From the IMG/VR virus record IMGVR_UViG_3300044693_000229, positions 3,963 through 67,962 of that record: a stretch of DNA of 64,000 nt, one strand, 5' to 3'. The position numbers and the translations under genes are program-made. Positions 1 through 9,093 of the stretch are shown here, in pieces. The stretch is from a virus (taxonomy: Duplodnaviria > Caudoviricetes). Each line of letters starts with the position of its first letter. Position 1 is the first letter of the stretch. The notes under the pieces are model-generated. The model ran no database searches. It was not told where the DNA came from and saw only the letters and a program-made list of their open reading frames with translations.

Positions 1-218
1 GTCAGTGGCGCGGGCGGTTCATGGGCCGGGGCTTCCTTATGGATCGCGTGGCGCTCGGCGCCATGAGTAGCATGGGGATGTTCGGTGGGGTGGTCGTGGT
101 GATGGACGTGGGCCGATTCCCCCTGATGGGAATCGTGATGCGCATGCGCGTTCTGATTCATATCGGTGTTCTCGTCGGTAGCATGCCGTGGGCGGCGAAT
201 CAAAGATAGGATTTTCAT
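1..218 (-). CDS. Protein with His-rich low-complexity N-terminus (partial, runs off window start)
   Basis: Hand translation MKILSLIRRPRHATDENTDMNQNAHAHHDSHQGESAHVHHHDHPTEHPHATHG...; ATG overlaps the helicase stop (ATGA). Not in the ORF track because truncated. Confidence 0.7.
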   Translation of the reverse strand, partial: MKILSLIRRPRHATDENTDMNQNAHAHHDSHQGESAHVHHHDHPTEHPHATHGAERHAIHKEAPAHEPPAPL

Positions 219-1387
219 GGTGAGCGGTAAATCGTCAAATGGGATTGGGCGCGGGTGACGGCCGTATACATCAACTGGTTGTAGGGCACGCCGCGCATGT
301 CTTCTTCAATGACCAGGACGCGAGGCCATTCGCTGCCCTGGGCACTATGAACCGTCATGGCGTATCCAAAATCGAATCCACCGGGCTTTTTCTGCGCCTC
401 ACGGCGGATTTCCGGGTCAGGGTCGAAAGCCTCTTTTCGGAATCGAACACGATAATCTTTGCCATCCGTCAAGGATCGAATCCACACCCGGTCGCCGTTA
501 TCATCTTCGTCATCGCGTATGCTTTCGCGGTCTTCTTTGCGCACATCGACATTTTCATAGCGAAGAACAATGCCCTGTTCGCCGTTCATAATGCCGAAGC
601 CGTGTTGGTTGAATTTGCAGACGATCTTTTCGCCGATCATAGGCAGTTGATCGGTATATCCTAGCGCGCGGCGCACCGAAGCATTCACACTTTCACGCGT
701 CTTGTTAAAACTGCAAAGCACCTGAGCGTCTTCGCCAGCATGGTCAAGCAACTGTTCCAGCGGAACCGTTCCCTTGCGCACCTTGACGTCTTCGTATTCG
801 CGGCAGGGCAAACGATGTCCTTGGCGCACGAACATGGAGGCCTTGATGATATTGGACTCCCCACCTTGGCGCTCAATCTTATCGAGCAAAACATCAACGT
901 GTTCCGGCGTGAAAATGGCAACCGCCTTGACCGGTGGGAGCTGGCCAATATCGCCCAAAGCGAGAATGGGCACGCCATGCTTGATCAGATTGTTGTAGTC
1001 GTACTCGCTCACCATTGACGCTTCATCGCAGATAATCAGCTCCGGCCGCGAATCGATGGTGAGCTTTGGCCCGAAGATCGGTTCGCCCGTCTCCGGATCT
1101 TCGCCGCGAAGGTTGTAGGTAAACTGATGCATGGTACGGGCATGGTGGCATCCCTTTTGCCGGAGCCGTGAGGCGGCCTTACCGGTCGGGGCGATGAATT
1201 CCACCCGTTGGATGGAGCCGCAGCATTGCTCGGCAATGGTGAAAGCAACGGTTGTTTTTCCCGTGCCGGCGTAACCGGCTAAAAAGAATACTTGCTTTTG
1301 ATGTTTGTGTTGGCGCCAGTCTTGATGCCAGGTCGTGGCTTGTGTAATGGCGTTTTGCTGCTGATCGTTAAACACGATTTGTGTCAT
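215..1387 (-). CDS. RecD/Dda-like superfamily 1 DNA helicase
   Basis: Walker A GYAGTGKTT, DEASMV, GDIGQLPPV and YAMTVHSAQGSEW motifs. Start moved to MTQIV after AGGAA. Confidence 0.9.
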   Translation of the reverse strand: MTQIVFNDQQQNAITQATTWHQDWRQHKHQKQVFFLAGYAGTGKTTVAFTIAEQCCGSIQRVEFIAPTGKAASRLRQKGCHHARTMHQFTYNLRGEDPETGEPIFGPKLTIDSRPELIICDEASMVSEYDYNNLIKHGVPILALGDIGQLPPVKAVAIFTPEHVDVLLDKIERQGGESNIIKASMFVRQGHRLPCREYEDVKVRKGTVPLEQLLDHAGEDAQVLCSFNKTRESVNASVRRALGYTDQLPMIGEKIVCKFNQHGFGIMNGEQGIVLRYENVDVRKEDRESIRDDEDDNGDRVWIRSLTDGKDYRVRFRKEAFDPDPEIRREAQKKPGGFDFGYAMTVHSAQGSEWPRVLVIEEDMRGVPYNQLMYTAVTRAQSHLTIYRSP

Positions 1388-1498
1388 TTCCTGGCGTCCT
1401 TTGGAGCGGGAAAGATTGAATGGCTCGGTTCTGGGAGATTCTGGGCGTGAAGCCCGTGCCATCGATTCTATGACGCGGGCTTCACGAGTTCAAGCGTT

Positions 1499-2275
1499 TC
1501 ATGCAGGAATTTTGATCGGCCCATCAATGACCATTGAAGGTGGCGTGGCATTCGCAAACATCTGCAGCTTCTTCACCACGGCATCAATATCGTGGTCAGC
1601 AAAGTTCATGCCGCCGGGCCATTCGCTGGGCTCGATCCATTCAAACCAGCTTGTTTCCTTGAGCCACAGGTGCGGGATCGGCGGCCGGACCATCTCATGG
1701 TCGATCCAGGGCCATGCCGCCCACCCATCGGCGCCATTGAGCGTGCATACCAGGTTGGGCATGGCGGTCATGTATTTGGCGAAATAATTGGCATCGGCGA
1801 ACTTGGGCGCCTCGAACGAATAGAGATTGCCGATATGCTGCGTCGCCACGAACAAGGGCGTGAGCTGCGTACGCGCACCACCGAGACTATGGCCGTCAAC
1901 ATGGATCACGGTTGAGGCTGACATCGCGGCATGGATTTGGAGAAGCACCCATGCCCACAAATCAACCAAATCAGCATGAACGCCGCAGGTGACTCGGGAA
2001 TTTGACGCCGCATCAACGACCATAGGAGTCAAATCGACATCCAGGAAGATATCTTCCAGCTTCCATGCTGATGCGCGGGTGCCAGCGATCGACACATAGA
2101 TTTGACCGTCCTTCATGGACAATACGGCCTGACTACTTCCGTTTTGCCAGAGGCCTATCCAGGTATAGCCAAGATGTTCAAATACCGCTTTGGATTGGTC
2201 AGGATGAGTAAAGTAAGCGGCCGACGAGCGTTGCGCCGCCTCCACGATATCAGCCGTGATAAGTTTGAGGGACAT
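1499..2275 (-). CDS. Class 3 lipase-like alpha/beta hydrolase
   Basis: Nucleophile elbow GHSLGG; IAGT...DIFLD; YSFEAPKFAD (compare YTFGxPRVG); candidate Asp (NGADG) and His (DHDI). Confidence 0.8.
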   Translation of the reverse strand: MSLKLITADIVEAAQRSSAAYFTHPDQSKAVFEHLGYTWIGLWQNGSSQAVLSMKDGQIYVSIAGTRASAWKLEDIFLDVDLTPMVVDAASNSRVTCGVHADLVDLWAWVLLQIHAAMSASTVIHVDGHSLGGARTQLTPLFVATQHIGNLYSFEAPKFADANYFAKYMTAMPNLVCTLNGADGWAAWPWIDHEMVRPPIPHLWLKETSWFEWIEPSEWPGGMNFADHDIDAVVKKLQMFANATPPSMVIDGPIKIPA

Positions 2276-2381
2276 ATGGTGTGCATCCTTGAGAAGTCAT
2301 GATAGAACCCGCCACGATGGCGCCTATGGCGACGCCAATTACAAAGGCGAGGGCTATGGCAATACGTTGCGTCGATGGCAT
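2250..2381 (-). CDS. Small membrane or lipopeptide-like protein (43 aa)
   Basis: Hand translation MPSTQRIAIALAFVIGVAIGAIVAGSIMTSQGCTPYVPQTYHG: one hydrophobic helix then SQGC; overlaps the lipase start. Confidence 0.5.
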   Translation of the reverse strand: MPSTQRIAIALAFVIGVAIGAIVAGSIMTSQGCTPYVPQTYHG

Positions 2382-2437
2382 GATGCGGTTCCCTTGATGA
2401 GTGTGGCCGCATCATGCCACGAATTTTTCGCGCGTGC

Positions 2438-2857
2438 TTAAGCGGATACTGCAGTGCCTTGAAGGATAGCGATGACCTCTTTCAGGTCTTCATCCAGCGA
2501 GCCGCCATCATTGCTAATCAAGGACGACAGCTTTTCGACGGCTTGTTGCCGCTTAAGCGCATCGCTTTCGATGATTTCGCCACGATCAGTGTTGATCTGA
2601 GCAAGACGATTGAATTGCGCCACCGAATGGTCATGTGCGTTCAGTTCGGCGGTTAGCTTCGCCTGCGCGTTAATCAGTGCGGCTTCCGCCTCCGCACGTT
2701 TGGCTTCGGCGAGCATCACTATATTATGCTGGTGATAGACCAATCCATGGATGAGCGCCCAATCGTGTTGGAGGCTGCCCGGTGTGTTGACCGTAGGTTC
2801 CTTGAAGAAGCAATCAAGGTGATACAAAGCGAGAGTGTAGTATTGTTCCAATTGCAT
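2438..2857 (-). CDS. Hypothetical protein, coiled-coil
   Basis: ORF with GGAG RBS before MQLEQ. Confidence 0.6.
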   Translation of the reverse strand: MQLEQYYTLALYHLDCFFKEPTVNTPGSLQHDWALIHGLVYHQHNIVMLAEAKRAEAEAALINAQAKLTAELNAHDHSVAQFNRLAQINTDRGEIIESDALKRQQAVEKLSSLISNDGGSLDEDLKEVIAILQGTAVSA

Positions 2858-2861
2858 AGTG

Positions 2862-3080
2862 CTATCTCCGAATGTCGTTTTTAATTTTAGAAAAAGCGTC
2901 TTTAAGCTTTTCATATTCTTTATCTGTTAAAGCAGATCCATGCTTATGAACAATTCCCCGTCCTTTGCATGTGGAGCAACGCGAACAATCGAAATACATA
3001 TCGGGCGCAAACCAGCCTTTCCCGAAACAAGACGGACATTCTTTCAAATTGTTTTCTTCTAAAATAGTCATGACGATCAT
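2862..3080 (-). CDS. Small DnaJ-type zinc-finger protein
   Basis: CPSCFGKG and CSTCKGRG (CxxCxGxG twice). Confidence 0.65.
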   Translation of the reverse strand: MIVMTILEENNLKECPSCFGKGWFAPDMYFDCSRCSTCKGRGIVHKHGSALTDKEYEKLKDAFSKIKNDIRR

Positions 3081-3267
3081 TGTAAATTCTTTCCATTGAT
3101 TCGGTAATCAACCAAAATCGGCCAGTTCATTAAGAAATATCGGTGCATCGACCATGGGGTAGGCATGCTCGCGCGCTTCAAGCATCGTCATGGGGATAAT
3201 TTCTCCCGCGTTCAGCGGCCATGCATTTAAATGATCGTCTTCGACCGACACAGGGAAATTAGGTGCC

Positions 3268-3417
3268 ATGGTTTATTTATCGTTGATGATTCTGGCCGTG
3301 GTTCTGTTCGCATGCGCCGCTTTCAATGTCCGGTCGTCCATCCAGCTAGGATGGCTCGGGCTCATGATCCTGGCGATTGCGCTGTACCTGGGGATCGGGC
3401 ATGGGATCGCTGACTAA
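3268..3417 (+). CDS. Small two-TM membrane protein (49 aa), holin-like topology
   Basis: Hand translation MVYLSLMILAVVLFACAAFNVRSSIQLGWLGLMILAIALYLGIGHGIAD; AGGT upstream; opposite strand to its neighbours. Confidence 0.45.
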   Translation: MVYLSLMILAVVLFACAAFNVRSSIQLGWLGLMILAIALYLGIGHGIAD

Positions 3418-3813
3418 ACGCCAGCGCTCCGATGTCACCTGAGCGACGATATCACATAAGCGGGCCTGCTTCGCCGCGCCAGCGCCATTCAGCGCAACAT
3501 CCAACTGTCGCACAAGCGTATCAATATCATCCCCATTGATCCAACGGCCGCCCTCACTTAGCTGTACCAGTTGATCAAGAGCCGATAGCTGACGCTGCAT
3601 GGCATACACAAATTCCGTATGCTCGTGCAAACACTTCAACGCGTCATCAAGATCCCGTTGAGTCTTTTCGCCGCGGGCGATCTTCAAGCCGACTTCTTCG
3701 GCAATCGTGTGCCAGATGCGAGCTCGGCGAACGTGATAGACAAGTAGCTCATGCGCCGATTCGTGCTCGGGCGTGTTGTAGCGCGGCGGCTCAATCGTCA
3801 AGGGGATGTTCAT
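3346..3813 (-). CDS. Hypothetical protein
   Basis: ORF with ATGA overlap to the upstream gene. Confidence 0.6.
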   Translation of the reverse strand: MNIPLTIEPPRYNTPEHESAHELLVYHVRRARIWHTIAEEVGLKIARGEKTQRDLDDALKCLHEHTEFVYAMQRQLSALDQLVQLSEGGRWINGDDIDTLVRQLDVALNGAGAAKQARLCDIVAQVTSERWRLVSDPMPDPQVQRNRQDHEPEPS

Positions 3814-4235
3814 GATTCCAATGTCCAATCGATATCGCCAGTGGCGATAAAATGGCGGATGGTTCGCGCGGCGATTTCGGGCGTGATGGAATTAAGCCCT
3901 CCACGGAAAGAACCTTTAACGCTGGATATTGATCCATCTATATAACCATTGCCAAAAAATAATCCATGCGCTTCTGAGAAATTAATGCCGAGAATTCGAA
4001 TTGCATCTAGATGAATATCCCCCATGCATCGGCGCGATTTAATGGGACTTTCGCCTCTATGAGACCGTTCAAATTGAATTGCCGCGCCAGCAATGCAACA
4101 AGCGGTTTTACAGGCCCAATCTATGGAACGAACAGGCTCTATGGCATCTCTCATATTAAATTCAACGATGCCAGCGCGTTCAGGCGCTCCAGCTTCCAGC
4201 CATTCAGCTATTTCGATTAAGCGTTCGATATTCAT
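3810..4235 (-). CDS. Hypothetical protein
   Basis: MNIERL start overlaps the upstream stop (ATGA); the longer ORF start overlaps another gene. Confidence 0.6.
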   Translation of the reverse strand: MNIERLIEIAEWLEAGAPERAGIVEFNMRDAIEPVRSIDWACKTACCIAGAAIQFERSHRGESPIKSRRCMGDIHLDAIRILGINFSEAHGLFFGNGYIDGSISSVKGSFRGGLNSITPEIAARTIRHFIATGDIDWTLES

Positions 4236-4666
4236 GCCGAGGACTCCTTGTCTGTTATCGTCGTTACAATATAGGTATACGGCCGATCCTTGATCGGCGT
4301 TAGTCCGGCCTCCACCTTCTTTGCGAATTCCGTTATGCCTTCGCATATTTTGCGCGCTTGCAGTTGATGCGGATTTTCGGCGGGGTAAAAAAGCAACGCG
4401 TTTTCGTAAGCAACAATGCGTCGTGACAGCGCATCGATATGATCGTTGACGAGCTGCCGCTTTTCCCGCACGCGCTGTTCGCGCGCCTGGTCCGCTTGCA
4501 AAAGCGCAGCGGCCATGACGCCAAGCTGACGCGCCCACGCGTTCGCATTGATCTGATCGACGGATAGGTTCTGCCTTGCGGATGTTTCCATGGAGACATG
4601 CCTGTCCACATCAATTCGCAACGATGCAGCGGCAATGGTCAATGCTTCTTTGTAGGTCAGCGCCAT
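4232..4666 (-). CDS. Hypothetical protein
   Basis: ORF with GAGA RBS, coupled to the next gene. Confidence 0.6.
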   Translation of the reverse strand: MALTYKEALTIAAASLRIDVDRHVSMETSARQNLSVDQINANAWARQLGVMAAALLQADQAREQRVREKRQLVNDHIDALSRRIVAYENALLFYPAENPHQLQARKICEGITEFAKKVEAGLTPIKDRPYTYIVTTITDKESSA

Positions 4667-4747
4667 CTCAAATTCTCGTCAATTCTGATAGGTGGGTTGA
4701 AACGTTCATGGCAAGCCTAACAGGCGGCCACGGCTGTGCGCAAGAGG

Positions 4748-4939
4748 TTACGGAATGATGTAGGGCTGCGCGGTCGGCGACAGCAAAGAAAACACGTAGA
4801 TAACGCCAGACAGAACCGTACGCGATACCTCATACCGGCCCAGGGATAAAAGCGTGCTGGCCACATAGGAGGCTTCCGGGAAGGTGCCCAGCACTTCATA
4901 GCTGTTCGCATCGGCGATCCGGTAAAGCATAACCACCAC
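4748..4939 (-). CDS. Hypothetical protein
   Basis: First ORF of the leftward operon; no competing ORF. Confidence 0.5.
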   Translation of the reverse strand: MVVMLYRIADANSYEVLGTFPEASYVASTLLSLGRYEVSRTVLSGVIYVFSLLSPTAQPYIIP

Positions 4940-5090
4940 CTTTTGTGTGCATAGGTTCTATAAAGACCTAGGGCTAGTATGGCATGAAAAGCTAGTCGAC
5001 TCTTCGTGAAAGCCGCGATACAGTGGCGTCCCCGCCGCGTGAAGCTACCGCCCTGGGACTGTTCCAACCGCCCAACAGAACGAGACAAGA

Positions 5091-6260
5091 ATGTCAATAA
5101 CGCCCTCTTTCAAAGAGTCGATACTTAATGCTGAAAAGTTCCTCAAAGAGCTAGCCCGCGGCATCCCCGACGACCAGCGCGTCATGGTCGGGTATGCCGA
5201 AGAGGCCACCGTGCAGACCGATGAACACGGCAAAAAGAAGAACGGCGGATGGTTCCCGTTGGCCTGGAAGATCGGAAAACCGATCCAATGGCGCAAAAAT
5301 TGCTATGTGTGCATCTCCAGCTCCATCAAGACGCCGAACTCGCGCGGTGAAATGCGCTATTGGCGCGGGGAGGCATCCTTCGGCGCCGGCCTCGCCCTCA
5401 TGGTTGACGACATCGGCACCGGCCGCGGCAGCAAGGGCCAATTATCGGTCGGCGATCTCATTTCGACATTGCCGCCCACAGCTATCATCGAAACCAGCCC
5501 CGGCAATCATCAGGTGTGGTATTTCCTGGATCAGCCGGAATTCTCCATGCCACGCTTTAAGGCCTTCCTACGATGCTTCGTCGATACGGTTTTGAAGAAG
5601 GGCGGGGATGCGACCATACGCGATGTCTCACGTTATGGGCGTATGCCGTGCGGAATCAACAACAAGCGCGTGTCTCCGGACGGCCCCTACAAATACCCCA
5701 AGGACGGCGGCGAACCTCGCGACGGTCTCACCGACGATAACGTATTTCGCGTTTCCTTGAAGTGGTGGAAACGCAAGAACCGTTACAGCATCGATGACAT
5801 CGCCAAAGCGTTTCAATTCGATGTTGTCATTCCTCCTCCCATCAAGCGCCGCGAACTGGAAGACCCTGGTGACGGGCAATTCGATCGGTACTATCTTGCT
5901 TTAGCCGAACGTATTTGCTCGCGCCTGCAGATGGGCGAAGGCGGCGGCGGCGTAGTCAGTCAGAACATGTCAGGGAAATATCGCATTCAATGCCCATGGG
6001 GACATCTGCATACGAATGGCGACCCGTTCGGCGCGTATTTCCGTGGCCCCATCCCCGGCGCCGAACATGACTATGTGTTTGGGTGTGCGCATGATACCTG
6101 CCGCCGCGAGCACAAACGAACATGGTCGACGTTTATCGACGACTTTTTGATGCCGCACATTTACGCGCGCATTGATCACATCAATCGGGCTAGCGCCAAC
6201 TCTGACGATTCACTGGAACAGTGGATTGCATCTATCCATAAACAACAAGCAGCGGCGTAA
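5091..6260 (+). CDS. DNA primase, RepB-primase (AEP) type, with C-terminal Cys/His zinc motif
   Basis: MVDDIG, IETSPGNHQVWY, DATIRDVSRYGRMP motifs; CPWGHLH...GCAHDTC; adjacent to the helicase. Confidence 0.85.
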   Translation: MSITPSFKESILNAEKFLKELARGIPDDQRVMVGYAEEATVQTDEHGKKKNGGWFPLAWKIGKPIQWRKNCYVCISSSIKTPNSRGEMRYWRGEASFGAGLALMVDDIGTGRGSKGQLSVGDLISTLPPTAIIETSPGNHQVWYFLDQPEFSMPRFKAFLRCFVDTVLKKGGDATIRDVSRYGRMPCGINNKRVSPDGPYKYPKDGGEPRDGLTDDNVFRVSLKWWKRKNRYSIDDIAKAFQFDVVIPPPIKRRELEDPGDGQFDRYYLALAERICSRLQMGEGGGGVVSQNMSGKYRIQCPWGHLHTNGDPFGAYFRGPIPGAEHDYVFGCAHDTCRREHKRTWSTFIDDFLMPHIYARIDHINRASANSDDSLEQWIASIHKQQAAA

Positions 6261-6275
6261 CAGGGCGGCGCACGT

Positions 6276-7991
6276 ATGTCAACCATCCATGAAGATGAAT
6301 CCGAAGAAGGCGCACCACATAATGAAAAACCACAAGAAGAAACCGTTCAAAATGACATAGACGATTTTATTGCGCCCGATCTGCAGCATCAGCTATGGGA
6401 AAAAGCCGGCAAGGACGAAGCCGCCTACCAATCGCTGGTAGCGACGGATATCCATGCCAAGCGCAAACGCATCGAAGATGGGCGCCAACAACTACGTGAT
6501 GAACTGCCCGATCTTGTTGCGCGCGCTAAAGCGATTCAACGAACGTTTCCGCCTGACTTCCGTGATCTGAAAGTCATCAATGGTAATGGGCAGCAACAAA
6601 TGACAGCGCCATTAGCCAGCGATCTCAACATCATGGATGCGTTTGACGTGTTGTTTGGGAATGGAAATGGACGTCCATACTTCGATACGTTTAAAGGTCT
6701 AAACGTTGGATGGAATGGGCACGTTATCGATGACGACTTCGATCTCACGCCGCTAGTCGAAGCAATACACGCGTTTAAGATCCCTTTACCAACATTCGAG
6801 CGCGTCGAAAAGCTGTTCAAACGCTATACGCGCCGCGTCAAGATCAATTCGTTGATCGAGCGTATGAAAGTGATGGTGCCGGAATGGGACCGCATCCCGC
6901 GCATGGAAAGTCTGATGATCAGACTATTCCAGTCGTTCGATACCGAATTGAATCGCCAGTTCGGCCGCTACTTCTGGCTATCGGTTTACAACCGCGCCAT
7001 GTATCCAGGATGCAATGCACCGATGGTACTAGCATTGTTCGGCACGCAAGGCACCGGCAAAAGCTATTTCGGAAAACTCATCTGCGAGGAGATGGTAGGA
7101 AGTCCCGAAGCGGATTCCACGCCGCTGGATTGGACCAAGGACTTTAACGATTTTCTGCGGCAGATCACTGGGCAATCGGTCGTGGCGAACGTGGCCGAAA
7201 TGGCGGGCTTCACGCGCGCAGAACTGACCAAGATCAAGGCCATGACAACGCGCACCATGGACATCATGAATTACAAGTGGGAGCGCGATGTCAAGCAAAT
7301 GCGGCAGTGGATCATGCTCATGGATGGCAACGAATACGCGGGCCTGCAGCGCGATGAAACCGGCAATCGAAGGTTTTATCCCATGTTCGTCGGGCAATTG
7401 CCATTCGATGCGCAGGGCCAAGTGCAGTGGCGCGAGGATTTTTATATCGATTATTCGGACTTCCGCCGCGACTTCTGGCAAGTCATGGCAGAGGCCGCCC
7501 AATGGATGGAAAAGGAAGGCATGGCGGGGTATCAGCGCCTCGTAGCCGATACGGAAAGGAAAGTCAAGGCTTTCAGCGCCGAAGAAATGCGCAACGACCG
7601 CGGCACTATTCGCGATGATGACCTGGACATGTATATCCCGGCCGCCATGGCGATTGTGCAGCCGTTGTTTCCAAAGGAGTTGCGGGAAGAAAGCGCCAAT
7701 CATGCGGGCCGTGTCACGAACAAAAGAGGAACGATTTTGCTGTTCAGTGAAGTGCGTGATGCCGTCATTCGTGCGGCCGGTCGAAATCTTCGTGTCGTGC
7801 CATCGCATTTGCGACCAAAACTGACGGCGATGGGGGCGACGATTGAACGGTATGCGGATCAACGCGCATTCGTCTTTGAATCGATCAAGTCACAAAATGA
7901 TTGGGATCGATACATGATTTCGATGTATGCAGATATCTATACTTTTTACAAGAAAAAGTATGCGAATGGAGGCGATCCGGAGGCGTTCTAG
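6276..7991 (+). CDS. VirE/VapE-family replicative helicase
   Basis: Walker A GTQGTGKS, VAEMAG, RQWIMLMDGN, DETGNRRFYP. Confidence 0.85.
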   Translation: MSTIHEDESEEGAPHNEKPQEETVQNDIDDFIAPDLQHQLWEKAGKDEAAYQSLVATDIHAKRKRIEDGRQQLRDELPDLVARAKAIQRTFPPDFRDLKVINGNGQQQMTAPLASDLNIMDAFDVLFGNGNGRPYFDTFKGLNVGWNGHVIDDDFDLTPLVEAIHAFKIPLPTFERVEKLFKRYTRRVKINSLIERMKVMVPEWDRIPRMESLMIRLFQSFDTELNRQFGRYFWLSVYNRAMYPGCNAPMVLALFGTQGTGKSYFGKLICEEMVGSPEADSTPLDWTKDFNDFLRQITGQSVVANVAEMAGFTRAELTKIKAMTTRTMDIMNYKWERDVKQMRQWIMLMDGNEYAGLQRDETGNRRFYPMFVGQLPFDAQGQVQWREDFYIDYSDFRRDFWQVMAEAAQWMEKEGMAGYQRLVADTERKVKAFSAEEMRNDRGTIRDDDLDMYIPAAMAIVQPLFPKELREESANHAGRVTNKRGTILLFSEVRDAVIRAAGRNLRVVPSHLRPKLTAMGATIERYADQRAFVFESIKSQNDWDRYMISMYADIYTFYKKKYANGGDPEAF

Positions 7992-7995
7992 GGGG

Positions 7996-8359
7996 AATTG
8001 ACGTATGAAATTTGATTGACGTACGAGATTTAGGGGGGGCAAAGCGGCCCATACGTCAATTGCATACGTCAATTATTTCGTTTTGAATCAAATGGTTAAT
8101 TCTAATTGACGTACGGATGCACGACTTTTTTAAATTTCTAGAGTTGCGTGCGTGCGCCCGTCCGCGGGATGTGCGCGATCACAGGGGAAAATTTTCATAC
8201 GTTAATTGTTTTCATACGTCAATTAGACTTAAGAATTTGATTTAATTGAAAAATAATTGACGTACGGAATTAACGCATGGCTTGTGGATAACTTTTTCTT
8301 CGTACGTTAAACCATCTTAAATTCATGATTTTTATGAAGAAACCTGTCATACGTCAATT
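7996..8359. repeat. Probable replication origin: about 11 copies of AATTGACGTAYG in both orientations in AT-rich DNA
   Basis: Copies at 7996, 8014, 8050, 8063, 8104, 8196, 8213, 8255, 8268, 8301 and 8348 (some degenerate); non-coding; directly after the primase-helicase genes. Confidence 0.75.
8283..8291 (-). promoter_or_regulatory. Perfect DnaA box (TTATCCACA)
   Basis: Plus strand TGTGGATAA inside the repeat cluster; function inferred. Confidence 0.45.
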
Positions 8360-8618
8360 ATCCAGCCTCGCGGCAGTCGCCTATGGCCGGCGCGGCCTCC
8401 GCTCTGGCCATCACCGCGGCAATACGAACCGCCCAGAACGCGCCAGGAGGGGCGCGGAGGCCGTCACCCCGCTACCCACGTACGTCTGACTCGCCAGAGC
8501 GCGCCTGTAGGCCCAACCACGCGGCCTCAGCCCCATTCCAAACCGTCACCTGACCATGCCAGAATCACCACGCGGCGATAATGACCGCTCAGAACCCACC
8601 GAGAACCAGGAGAACGCA

Positions 8619-9092
8619 ATGGCCACATCACGCAAGATTAGTGCAGCTCAAAAATCGCCTAAAATTGATGTGAAAGAAATTCCCGAATTCTACGAATGCT
8701 TGCCAGATCAATTTGCAGGAACAATCCGGGTCTTCCCATCCGAAACGAGATGGAACGGAAGAAGAAGTTCGAGTCTTCGTTTTTGTCGAGTCGAGCCATT
8801 AACGCAATCCGGTGTTAATTACGTTCCAAATATTTATATCCTCGCGAAAGGTTTTGTTCGCGAATTACGCTATTTTACTATCAAAGAACGCAAAGCATTA
8901 GCCAATGCATTAGGCGTTGATTTGAAAACGGTTGAATCTAAATATCTCGCCGTTAAAGCGAAAGACGAAAAAGAAGATCTCGAATATAAAATCCATGAAT
9001 TGCGTCGCCAAGCTGAGCGACTCGGTTATAACATTCGCAAACTAAATCTGAAAGAAAAAGCAGCCATTGCGAATAAAAAGGACGGTCGATGA
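8619..9092 (+). CDS. Hypothetical basic protein
   Basis: GGAG RBS before MATSRK. Confidence 0.65.
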   Translation: MATSRKISAAQKSPKIDVKEIPEFYECLPDQFAGTIRVFPSETRWNGRRSSSLRFCRVEPLTQSGVNYVPNIYILAKGFVRELRYFTIKERKALANALGVDLKTVESKYLAVKAKDEKEDLEYKIHELRRQAERLGYNIRKLNLKEKAAIANKKDGR

Positions 9093-9093
9093 T

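Noticed and set aside
21-209. Hydrophobic Met/Val-rich plus-strand ORF
   Set aside because: It is the reverse complement of the His-rich gene (CAT/CAC read as ATG/GTG).
7029-7862. 277-aa minus ORF and similar long antisense ORFs (32747, 36599, 41144, 53635, 59243)
   Set aside because: Each lies wholly opposite a well-supported gene and shows no recognisable domain.
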